Assembly: GCA_030167865.1 (NCBI GenBank)
Contig: JALAGF010005880.1
Coordinates: 1 to 64,000, forward strand
Reading direction: 5' to 3'
DNA length: 64,000 nt
From: Craspedostauros australis
Lineage: Eukaryota
Positions 8,801 through 20,282 of this stretch are shown here, piece by piece. The notes beneath the pieces are model-generated. The model did no database searches, had not been told where the DNA came from, and saw only the letters and a list, made by a program, of their open reading frames with translations. Within the stretch, counting starts at the first letter, position 1, and every line of letters starts with the position of its first letter. The position numbers and the translations under genes are program-made.

Positions 8801-11800
8801 TTTGTTGAGGTGGCTGCACTTGGTCAGTTGGGGTGATATCGTCCTTCGTGTGTGTTGTCACAGGTTGCCTCAAAATGTGAGTTGGTGAATTTTTTTCATT
8901 CACAACCGGAGTTCTTGTGTTTGGCGTTTCTGGCAACAATTTTGCTGGCGGATCGTCATCGTGTGAGGGAAGGAATCGCTGATGGTCGGCTTCATCCTCT
9001 CGCTCAATGTCCCGCTCTTCCATAGCAACGACATCGTCGTCATCGAACGGTATTTGATACGTAGTATCGCCAAACATGTGTGTCCATTCCGTTGAATTGT
9101 AGTCTGGGAGATCAGCCAGATCAGTCGCTATCGTCGCAAACCAATCGTCAAACACAACGTGAAATTGTGGTGTGATTGATCCCGTCCTCGGCGAGAGGAC
9201 CAGCGGAACCGTGGATGCGTGGCGAGCGGAGAGTCCCATGTTTACATAGCGTTCCCCACGTGGTTCCCATCTTGGTATCTTGCGGCTGTCGCCGAGCGCC
9301 TTGTTCAAGACGTAGACGGGGCTGCCCCACACATGTAGGTTGTGTAGCTGTTTCAGGGGCATGCGCGTGCGCGAGAGAATATCCAAAGGCGTGAGACCTG
9401 TTGCTGCGCTTGGTACGCGATTGTGTACGTAAGCGGCATGGACGACGGCCATGGGCCAGTGCTGGGCATCGAACATCGTAGGCCAATGAATGCTTTGATG
9501 CATCATCATTGTTCGTGCCATAGAGATGATCGTGCGGATGCTGCGCTCGGCCACTCCGTTGTGATGGTGNGCGCCGACTCCAGCAAAGCGGTGCACTTGA
9601 TGAAACCGTTTGAGGTGTTCGGCGTAGTCTGGCGATGTAAAGGTGGTGGCGTTGTCCGAGAGGTACGAACGCACGGGTACACCCACATCGCGGCACATGG
9701 ACTCGAAGCGTTCCTTCGCTTCCAATGTAGCGTGGNNNNNNNNNNNNNNNNNNNNNNNNNNNNNNNNNNNNNNNNNNNNNNNNNNGAACATCGTAGGCCA
9801 ATGAATGCTTTGATGCATCATCATTGTTCGTGCCATAGAGATGATCGTGCGGATGCTGCGCTCGGCCACCCCGTTGTGATGGTGAGCGCCGACTCCAGCG
9901 AAGCGGTGCACTTGATGAAACTGTTTGAGGTGTTCAGCGTAATCTGGCGATGTAAAGGTGGTGGCATTGTCCGAGAGGTACGAACGCACGGGTACACCCA
10001 CATCGCGGCACATGGACTCGAAGCGTTCCTTCGCTTCCAATGTAGCGTGGGTCGTGAGGGATGCGACTGGTTCCACGTGTATGTAGCCAGATGCGTGGTC
10101 CACAAACATTGCTCCACCCTTGTACATCTCCGACGCATCGGACTTGCCTCTTCCTGTGAAAAGGCGACCCAAGGTGCGCCCCACGAAGTGGTCCACGGAG
10201 ACTTGTTGGCCCGGGAAGAGGTGATCCGTCTTGATCACTCCCTGTCGGTCTTGGACGGCGTGCTGTGTTGTGCCTGGTGTAGTCCTGCAGTGCTGTTTGC
10301 CAAACTGGCACGCCGCACACAGCGGGCATTCTTGTACGCGGGCAGCGGCTGTCTGCATTTTCCTTGATGCCTCAGTGTTGACGAGGGCGCCGGATCGGAG
10401 TAGGAACTGCACTCGTCTGAAGGAGAGGTGCCCGAGTCGATAGTGCCACTTGAGCAGCTCCTTTTGCGGTTGAGTCAGGTTTTGGTTCTGCTCTGCCACG
10501 GAAGTAACAGTTGTGGTGAGCGCCCCTGGGAGTTCGGTGAGGTCGCTAGTGCGGTATGCACGTGAGGTCGGAAGGTTGTTCGATTTCTTGTTGTGGGCGA
10601 TGCTGGGACCTCGTTCGTCGTTTCCAGGGATGCCGCTCAGCTGGATGTTGTTCGCTTCCACGACAATATTCTCCCCTTTGTATTCATTGAGGAGGCATGC
10701 GGTGCTGATGAGCTTGACTGAGGACTCCGGCACATAGAAAGCCGGAAGGGATAAGGATCGAGGGTTGCCGTTGACGTCGAGGATGGACCATTCCACCCTG
10801 CCTTTCGTCTTTACCTTGGTGCGTCGAAGAAATCCGTTGAGGAAGGTTGGCGAGGTTGGTGCCGAGGTAGCACCTACGAAATCGTTGATATCGTTGGTCA
10901 CGCAAATGGAGGCGCCGGTGTCCCACACCACGTCGAAGGAGCCGTCTTGAGGGATGATTCCTTCCACCTTGTGGGGTGCGGCGAAAGCATGTTGGAAACC
11001 GAAGGTTGTGGCAAGGGTGTGATAGGCGTTGGTGAATATGCTGGTACCTGCGTGTTCGCTTGGGTCTGTGTGAGACGTACGCATGGAGCGAGTGGGAGTC
11101 CTTAAGTGATCGATGTCGCGATGATGTTTTGTGTACCGGTTTGGTGGATGAGCGGGATTCGTTTTGTTTCGCGCGCGACAGGAGTTTTGGTGTTTTCGGA
11201 ACCGGCGAGCACGGCGAACCTTGTTTTGGTGGTTCGCACATGGGGCGTGACGTGGGACGTGGTGTTTGGTGTTGGTGCGCTTGTGAAGGAGAAAATGTTT
11301 GAAGTCGTCGTTCCCGAACAGAGAGTCGTAGAGATCGTTCGAGGGCGTTGCCGGGTAGTGATAGAAGCGTGGTCTTGCTCTATTTGACTTGTTTTGCTTC
11401 TTCCTCCATGTGTTGACTTGGCGGATGGTTCCCATTGGAGTTGGCTGGTACTGGCGTGGGACATTGGTGTGAAGGGCGAATAGCACAACGGCTGTTGTCA
11501 TCCACATCATGATACTCATCACATGCCATCCGCACTCGATGCCGAGTAGAGCGACTTGTGCTGCACAAAGGAGGAGAAAGGTGCCGGTAACCATGTTGAT
11601 GGTTTTGAAGGCTGTGAACACGTTCCACACGGCGGTCCACCAGGAGCGTTCGTTTGCGTGGGCTTCAGCGGAGAGGCAGGTCCATGCTGCATGGTCGATT
11701 TCGAGCTGTGGACTGTTTGGTTTGTGCTTGAAATCGTCGATGTGGCCGGCAGTGCCGTGGGAGATGCGCCAGTGGCGGCACTTCGCGCACCAGTGGAAGG

Positions 11801-13328
11801 TCTTGTTGTTCATGAGCTTTTGTTGCGGCTCACCCTTCCGTGGAGGTGTTGTGATCCACGGGTCCTTCTTTTGTTGTGTTTTCTTGTTGACCTGTTTGCC
11901 CTTGGCGTTCATGAGTTTGCCTCCTTTGTTTTGTTCCAGAAGGCGAGCTTCCTTTGTAGTCGAGGAGTGGTTCGCATGCAAGCGCGGGGTGTTGCGGTCA
12001 CAGGAGTGCCTGTTGGCGTGCCAGGAGTTTCCCTGCAGCTCGTCGAGATAGGCATCCTCAGCTACGCTACAAATGTCCATCCAGGTGAGGTCCTCGCGGA
12101 GAAGGTGGGGCTCCGCTCGCTCGTAGGTCTTGAGGGACTTGTCTTCGATCAGTCGTCTGAGTCGATCGCTGATGTCGAGGATTCGATGACGGTATCGTTC
12201 TCCTGACGTGGTTCTGCCTCCTGCCATGAAGAAGTTGTCTGTCATGGTACGGAGAAGCAAGATCTCGAACTGGTCGGCGTCTTGAAGTTCCTTGCACATG
12301 ATGCGAAGGGTGTCAGCCATGGCTTGGATGTTCTCTCCCTGAAACTTCTGAGGTGTGGTCTTCCTGACCTTCTCTTGGAGCCGTGCGTACTTGTCCAGCG
12401 AGCTCGAGGTGATACTCTTGATGAGTTCGGTGAAAATCACGTTGAAGTCTTGTTGGTACTTCGGCTTGATGCGATTCATCAGGCGGTCTTCGAGGTCGGG
12501 GTCAAGGCTGTCGCGGAGGAATCGAGCGGCAGATGCGTTGTTCTGCTTGTCGTATCGATCCCACAAGTGGCGATAGAAGTCATGGTGGTCAGTGGCTTGG
12601 CTGATGGTGGTGCTGCCTGGGGCATCGAGGACACACACCATCTCGTCGGGGTGTTCGTTGCTCCTCATGTAGGTCATCGAGATGAGGCCTGCGGTGGACA
12701 TGTGATCCTTGAGGAGGCGCAGCATGCGCTGACGGTTGTCTCCGATCCGGAAGCGAGGGCGGATGCCTTTCTCTCGCTCCGGTTGGTTCTTGGAGTCCGA
12801 GCCGTTGTGGAGGACGCGCTGCTGTTGGGAGCTGTCGTAGGACGTGGCTGCGTCTTCTGCAAGGCCAGTCCACTCGACGTTCGGTTTCCCTCCCGTCCAG
12901 GGCACCCAGTGACGGCCAGCCTTGGTGAGGCCACCCATGATGGGTTTCTCTGGCTTGTCCTCGCTCTCGTACGCTACGTACGTGGTTTCGGGTCCGATGG
13001 GACCTTCGTCGGCGTCAAAAGGAAAGGCACCTCCAGTGGATCCAGTTTGGTTGCCTGCGTTCCCTTCGCGTCCTGCGGTTCCCTCGGTTTCACCAGGGTT
13101 CGGTGGGTTGTTGGTATCCCCGGTGTTGCCTTGGGCGAGGTCGCCTTCTTCTTGCCCGGCGGCCGTTTGATCCCCTTGCCGAGCTGGGATGGGGTTGGCT
13201 CCTCGCGAGATTCGTGATTCGTTGAGATCTCGAAGAGCTTGAGCGGCTTGCTGGTTGAGTCGCTCCACGAAGGCCTCCAGCCTGCGTTCTTCGCTGCTGA
13301 TGCTCGTGTCTTCTCCTTGGACGCTCAT
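5817..13328 (-). mobile_element. Ty1/copia (CoDi-like) retrotransposon with uninterrupted gag-pol polyprotein (element B); ~2398 aa after removing the 315-nt gap duplication
   Basis: Order is Gag (WCAKC...H...H knuckle), protease (VVWDTGAS), GAG-pre-integrase (LLKWHYRLGH...CAAC), integrase (VSVDHF, YLSDN, NGVAER), RT (YKGRWCCRGD, IDFSNAF, KSLYGL, LYVDD), RNase H (YVDADFAG, FEDNEAC, ADIFTKGL). Integrase before RT defines Copia. Confidence 0.97.
9471..10050. repeat. Assembly overlap: 9471-9735 duplicated at 9786-10050 across a 50-N gap
   Basis: 265-bp copies flank the N-run and differ at about 6 transitions. Confidence 0.9.
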
Positions 13329-14434
13329 GGTGAGGCGGTGGAGGTGTCGAAGTCGTTGGGCTTCGCTTGGTGTCGACGGTTGTCTCGGGCTTGGCTGCGC
13401 TTCCCCCTTCGATGGTGAAGGTGTGCATGGGGTGTTGGCAGGAGTGCTCTTGAGACGTACACCTGGTTTGCAGGTGTTGGTGGGTGCGCTTGCTTAGCAA
13501 GGGCTTGGTTTGATGATGTTAGAACGAAATCAAGGATGGGATTCCGCACCGAAACGTAGAGTGATCAGATCGTTGTTGGGGTGAGGATGAGTGTTTGTTN
13601 NNNNNNNNNNNNNNNNNNNNNNNNNNNNNNNNNNNNNNNNNNNNNNNNNNNNNNNNNNNNNNNNNNNNNNNNNNNNNNNNNNNNNNNNNNNNNNNNNNNN
13701 NNNNNNNNNNNNNNNNNNNNNNNNNNNNNNNNNNNNNNNNNNNNAATTAACACGGAGACAACACGGCAAATGTGCGTGTTACTGCGTGAAGATGAGGTGC
13801 AAAAGTCAATGAACAAAAACACCGCGATGGCCCGTGTTGTGAATTACGTCTTCTCACGATGTTGCTAGTAGTACGATCACACGATTGACCGTATTCACTT
13901 GAGAAGGTCAGGACAAGATTCGCACGTGTCACACCCAAGATCCAAGTCTGTCCTGATTGGGCAGATTGGTTCATCTTGGCAAGAAATCAATTTCCACGAC
14001 ATTTTTGGATCTGTGATTGAGGGAAAACGATTCTTGCGACGCGAAATGCGACACAAATCTGACACAACGGATTTTCGACCAAAATTTCCNTTCGGAACGG
14101 AAAAGGTAAGAAAAGTGGAGATTTCTGATTGGTCGACGGGTGTCGCTATTGTTAGAGATTTAGCGTGCGCTAATAGATGAGTTGCCTTCGGGCTAACTTC
14201 ATCGGTTGCTTATCAGGATCGTTTTTCCTGAGAGGCTTGGAGCCTTGGGGCTCGGTGTCGTTGGACACAGCGATCTGCGCGCTGAGGAAGTCTCTTTGAG
14301 AGTGAGGAAGGTGGATGTAAGCGAGAACCATTCGCAGCTACCAGTTAGTATTCCGTGTCTTCTGCACGTTGTCAGGAGGATGATCTGTCCTTCAACCGGT
14401 TTTGACGCCGTTTGATGTTGAGAACAAAGCTGTA

Positions 14435-15298
14435 TCAGACGATGATGTAACTGTAGTAGATTTGAAAGTAAGCTGTAAAGATTGTTTCTGATTGCTTGTT
14501 TTATGTGTTAAGCTTACTNTTGACAGGACGATCGAGTAAAAGGGCAGGGTTCATGCTGTCGTGCTTGAGCCGTTTGTGTTGTACATCAACATGTCGTGGT
14601 GGTTCGGCACATTCACAGCTGTTCAGCAGCTCCATCCGCAGAGCAGTACTTGATCCACAGGCATGGATATGCTTCAAGATGCCTGCAGGATTCGCAAGAT
14701 GGTGAGCTGAACAGGTGGCGTGGTTACAGGAGCTGGAGGGTGAGCAGGGCATGGATTGTGGTTCAACTACACACCATGCGCGCGGTAGCCTTTCATTGCA
14801 GTATCGGGTTCGGATACCGGGTACCGTGTACGCAACATGGANNNNNNNNNNNNNNNNNNNNNNNNNNNNNNNNNNNNNNNNNNNNNNNNNNTCAGACGAT
14901 GATGTAACTGTAGTAGATTTGAAAGTAAGCTGTAAAGATTGTTTCTGATTGCTTGTTTTATGTGTTAAGCTTACTATTGACAGGACGATCGAGTAAAAGG
15001 GCAGGGTTCATGCTGTCGTGCTTGAGCCGTTTGTGTTGTACATCAACATGTCGTGGTGGTTCGGCACATTCACAGCTGTTCAGCAGCTCCATCCGCAGAG
15101 CAGTACTTGATCCACAGGCATGGATATGCTTCAAGATGCCTGCAGGATTCGCAAGATGGTGAGCTGAACAGGTGGCGTGGTTACAGGAGCTGGAGGGTGA
15201 GCAGGGCATGGATTGTGGTTCAACTACACACCATGCGCGCGGTAGCCTTTCATTGCAGTATCGGGTTCGGATACCGGGTACCGTGTACGCAACATGGA
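14435..15298. repeat. Assembly overlap: 14435-14841 duplicated at 14892-15298 across a 50-N gap
   Basis: Essentially identical 407-bp copies flank the N-run. Confidence 0.9.
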
Positions 15299-15773
15299 TG
15301 ATTGAGTCCCGGATGGATCCCGGACCAAGTCTGTCCCAACTGTATGGTACCAAACGTACGAGTATGGTCCTGCCCATGAAGTGCGTTTGTGTTCTACGAC
15401 CATGCAGTAATAGTACACTCTCTAGATAGTACGCATGTGAATGTGATAGGTGTGAATCGTTGCTCAGGAATACCAATTTCAGTCCTTCTGCTTCATTGAA
15501 TATTGTGGTGTGTCAAATACACCATCTCATGTCACTGTTTCTCTCCCGAGACACAAAGAGCTCATGTGCATGCGATTTCGATCATTCTTTGCAGAAGACA
15601 ACCAACGCAATCTACGCCACATGACTATGCACGATGAGACAATGAGGCACGCAAGTAGTAGCTGTTGAATTCTTTCGTTCGTTCGAGAGTGGCTCCGTTC
15701 TCCCAGCATGGAATCCACCACGCTGATTTCTGGGCCGAAATCCCTTCCGCGCCGGCTATGAACACTCACACTC

Positions 15774-18700
15774 TTACGAGCTCTGTTCATTCCCGGTGCC
15801 ACCATGATTGTCCGCTGAACTGGATTGGTTGTGGCCCTGCGCAGAATCTCTGTCTGGTCCATCCGTTGCTCCCTGCCGGCCGGAGTGAGAACCGTAGTTT
15901 TGGTACCCACCGCCACTGCCACCCCCACCACGGCCACCGCCGCGACCGCGGCCTCTCCCGGACCGTCTGCCTCGTCCACCATGCCCACGGCCTCCTCGAC
16001 CACGTCCACCGACATCAGAATCGTCCATCCCACCGTGTGGCATGTACCCGCCACCAGCATACGCCATCGGGCCTCCGTTGTATGGCGGTGCTGCATTGCC
16101 ACCAACATGCATTGGTGGTGCAACGCCATTCGGAACTGGGAACATGTGGCGATACGGCGCGCCGTTGGGGCCAACGGGAATCGGTTGGGCTGCTGTGACG
16201 AAGTGACCGCCGTACGTTGGATTGTGACCGGGCACTGGCATGCCATTCCCATAGAATGGCACGTGCGGTGGGATGCCGTAATGGGTCATGGGAGCTCCAC
16301 GGGTCTGCTGTGCGTGAGGAGCTGGATTTGCGATCCCCTGCTGAGGTGTATTTGTGTCCGCATCTCCATCTACTTTCGCTTCACCGTCCTTCGCAGCGTC
16401 AGGCCCAGATGGAGCGAACTGTGGCTGGTTCGGCACCACTGGCTGCATCGGGTGTGGGTGCTGCTCCATGTTTCCGTATGGAGCTTGATATCCCATACCA
16501 CCGTATGGCATGTTCATCACATTGATCATGCCTGCTGTTGAGCCATGGTACGGGGAAGATTTGTGTTCGCGTGTTTGCGTCATCAAGTTTGCGTCCAAAG
16601 TGTCAGTAAATACAGAGGCATTCGAATGTACGTCTTGCTGAGCTTCCACCTAGTACAGAGATGCACGAGTGCATATGGATCCATATCTTGCAGAATCAGG
16701 AGATGGATGAACAGAGCAACACGGACGGTAGGGAGACGGACGACAAAAGGACCTTCTGATCGATCCAAATACTTGTCGCTCACTGATTGACGACGCAGAT
16801 ATGTACAGGTGCACGTGTGCATGTACTCATATGGCAGTCAGACGTGCTGGAAGGTGTCTGGCGATAATACAACAGGCAAACTAGAAAACCCACACTAAAA
16901 CTAACACGCACACTAACACGCACACTAACACGCACATTCACATCCACACTGAGCCAAATAGTGCATCAAACTTACCTGGCTGGTTCATCGCTGGTGGCTG
17001 CATGTAATGGCCACCGTGCATTGCATTTGGCGGCATGACATGGACTGGATTTTCTGCCTGGCTTTGCTGTCCACCAGGTGCCGCTGATTGTGGTGCAGGT
17101 GCTGGAGAAACGGAACTGGGCGTAAATGACTTCGCGGATGGGTTGAAGATGAATGTCTTCGCAGTGGCGCTCAGCTTGCTTGGCTTTGATGACGACGCTG
17201 CTTCGGATGCAGAATCCTTCTTCGCGGCAGCGCCACCAGAAACTGTGTCCTTGGCTGGCCCGCCACCACCACCACCACCAGCAGTATCTTTCTTCGCAGT
17301 CTCCGCCGACGCTTCTGGATTGCTGGATCTGCCTGCATCCTTTTTCTCGGAAGTCTTCGACGAAGCGAGTGGTGCAGCACCCTGTTTTGCTGCAGTGGTG
17401 TCGCTCTTTCGTGGTGCTGTAGCCGGTGCACCAGCTTTGGCATCGACGGCGCCCTTGGATTTGGCGTCCTTTCCCTTGCTCTTTTCAGGGGTAGGAGGTG
17501 CAGCCTTTCTGTCCGTAGCAGCGGTAGCAGTAGTGCCGGACTTGGAAACGAAACCTGGAGGAGCAACCTTGCTTGTTGCAGGCTTATCGTTTCGAGCGTT
17601 TGGCTTTGCTGCGGCTGCGGCATAGTTCATGACATGACCAGCCTTGCCCTTCGTTGTCGATGTGCGCGAAAGATCACGACCAGGAGTACTGCCCTGGACG
17701 GAGGATGTCTTGGCCTCGTGCCGGTTCTTGCCAGACATCGTGAGGACTCCTGAGTACCTATCTTCTTCGTCGAAGTCTGTTTCCATTTTCTGACCACGTT
17801 CTTCAGCGATGTGGATGTTCGTGCTGGTGGAGCCCTCAATTTCTCGCGCGATGCGCTCCGCTTCGGTCTTTTTGGCCAGACCAATGGATGACTTGTCCAG
17901 TTGCGTCGTGTACAAGTTTTCATCGAAAGTTGCGCTGACGTTGAAGAGCTGTTGGTTAGCCTTGAACTGATCCCAACTGCCGATGTTTCCTCGCAAACCG
18001 GCGGTTCCAGCTACCTTGCCCTTGCCATCATCAAGCGGTTGCCCCTTCGATGGCCCGCCAGGACCAGCAACCCAGGCGCTCCCTGCTGCGACGAGGTTCT
18101 TGTTCCGGCCACCTTGGCGTCCTGAGATCTCAGCGTCGGTGATGAATTCGTCTGTCTTGCCCCGACCGTTGGTTTCTGAGGATGATGATGCCGTGGCCCT
18201 GTTGATGGGATCCCATTCCACTCGTTTTGCATGAAGCATTGCAACGTCCGTGGTTGAAATAACAATGGTGCCTCCGCTCTGGAAGTCTGCGAACTGTTTA
18301 CCGTCGCCGTCCTTGGCGATTTTGGCACTTTTGAGAACGACCTTGTTCCTGTGGGTCGGAGCCAAGTCTCCGAAAGGAGTGTACGTATGAAAAATCCCCT
18401 CGACTACAGCTCCGTCTAGCAGCGTCACGCTAGCATGGCTGCCAACGAGGGAGAGCGCCAAGTGCACCACTCGGTGCCTTGGCAGATGAGAAGAAGCTCC
18501 GCCTGGCAATGTGGAGATTGGTGCAGTCGCCGTCGTCGTCGTCGTCGCTGCGACTACTCCTTCACGTTTGGGTTGCGCAGATGCCGAGAGGATGCCGGGT
18601 GGTGGACTTGGCGTTCCAATCTTGGAGCTTTGGAGCGGTTTATTCCAAGCATTTGCCCTGACGGGTTTCTTGGCGACGTCGTTCTTCGTGTCGGTTCTGG

Positions 18701-19016
18701 GAGAATCGAGAAGAATAATTGGATAGAATGCGTATCCATAGATGACATGAAAACAAGGGAGGTGCCATGAATCGGAGAGTGCGAGAATGAGAGGGGCAAG
18801 TGACGAGGCGAGACATGTGAAGAGTGCATATAAACGGCGCATGGCAGATGGCATGCGAGAGTTATAGTAGCAGTGGTAGCTCGCAATAGTGCAGCATATG
18901 ATGGTGCTGCAGGCAGTTGACATCTGTCGCAGCAGGACTCTGTTGGCAATACAGCTTTTCGCCACTCGTCGGTTTGCGTCTCCGTCACGACATCACCATG
19001 ATTCACGACCCTATCC

Positions 19017-19056
<40 letters not shown>

Positions 19057-19253
19057 AGCCATGTGGCACAGCGCAGCGCACGGAACCCGATGCGCTGATG
19101 TGGCGCCCTCACGATTGGGAGGGAACGTAGTTCCACGGGCGCAGCCGATACGCGGGAGCTGGGTATCTTTGTTCTGATGGTGGTGGAGGTATCGCCGCAA
19201 TACTGGGTTCTTTGCTTCACTTACTTCGGAGCTTGCTGTGGTTTGGCTGGCAT
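15774..19253 (-). CDS. ATXN2: Ataxin-2 / PBP1-family RNA-binding protein (Lsm, LsmAD, PAM2, RGG tail)
   Basis: Phase-consistent exons 19253-19225, 18696-16976, 16534(or 16531)-15774 with GT..AG ends. Sm-like LVGSHASVTLLDGAVVEGIFHT, FITDAEIS, LsmAD WDQFKANQQLFNVSATFDENLYTTQLD, PAM2 SKLSATAKTFIFNPSAKSFTP, C-terminal RGG. Confidence 0.9.
16891..16936. repeat. Intronic 12-bp tandem repeat (CACACTAACACG)
   Basis: About 3-4 copies visible. Confidence 0.75.
19019..19055. repeat. (GA)n microsatellite in ataxin-2 intron 1
   Basis: Read directly from the sequence. Confidence 0.95.
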
Positions 19254-20282
19254 GATGTTCTTCTATCTCGATCGGTCTGGCCTGGTTTAGATTGGACTGA
19301 TTTGGTTTGGCTGAATTTGAGCAGTCTGTTGCTTTCTCTCTTGGTTGAGTGGTCCGGAATTGTCTCGGTGATTATTTGGATGTCGGTAGGTCGCCGAAGA
19401 CGAACGTGCTGACTCTGGCGCTGACGATAGCGATGGCGATGATGATGATAACGGAAGGTGTTCTGGTGGGAGATGGAGGCGGGTTGGTGTTGCTACGAGT
19501 CCACTATTGTTGGTGTGGTGGGAGTCGGCAGGTGTGATGTGCGTGTTTGTATTGGGAGGTCGTACACGTATGTGTGTGCTCGTCTGCGTGAGTGTCGGCA
19601 ATGACTGGTGGTGTTTGTGCGGTTGTGGTTGCGTCTGTGGTACTCGGACTCGTTCTCGCACAGCCACAGAGCCAGGCCACACAGAGAGAACTGCTGGTTT
19701 GACGCTGTCTGGTATCTTTCCTTCTCTCTTTTCTCTCTCCTGTTTGTGTGTGTTGGTGTGTGTGTGGACGAAAACGATGTCGTACACACAAACGGACGAA
19801 TCGGCGTCGGTTGTTCTTCCTTGCGTCGTAGGCATGAAAATGAGCCTAGACAAGCCTCCAAACCGTACCACTGACAAATCTCAAGCATTCTCCCCAGAAC
19901 AAAAACGACAAGCGTTTGCTCTCTAGATCGTACTCTACTCTGCTCTACTGAATAGAGTATGCTCTATCATGGCATTGCTCTGGTCCAGAATGATGACCCT
20001 CGAAGAAGGCATGTCACGTGGTTGTACGAGTACTCTATTGAACCTCTGGGTGGCGCGGAGCACACGTACCTACGCCTGCACTCTCTATTATAATGGAGAG
20101 TACTGTTCATCAACTTCAAACAAAGCAAGATGAGAGTGTGACACTCGCATGTTGTCACAGGGTGGATCAGAGTGGCCTATAGAATAGCGCAACATCACTC
20201 TTCTGAGCGTGTGTATGTGTGCGTGTGTGGGAGAGAGAGAGAGAGAGGGTACTCTCGGGTGCGTAGGTAGTAACCATCAACT

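Noticed and set aside
12282..13217. 311-aa antisense ORF in gag (also 9423-10367)
   Set aside because: Shadow of the codon-biased sense ORF, with no motifs.
14282..14310. CTGAGGA as a hammerhead ribozyme core
   Set aside because: No properly placed GAAA and no stems I or III.
14141..14525. Solo LTR TGTC...GACA
   Set aside because: The flanks (ACGGG and GGACG) give no target-site duplication; kept only as part of the unclassified block.
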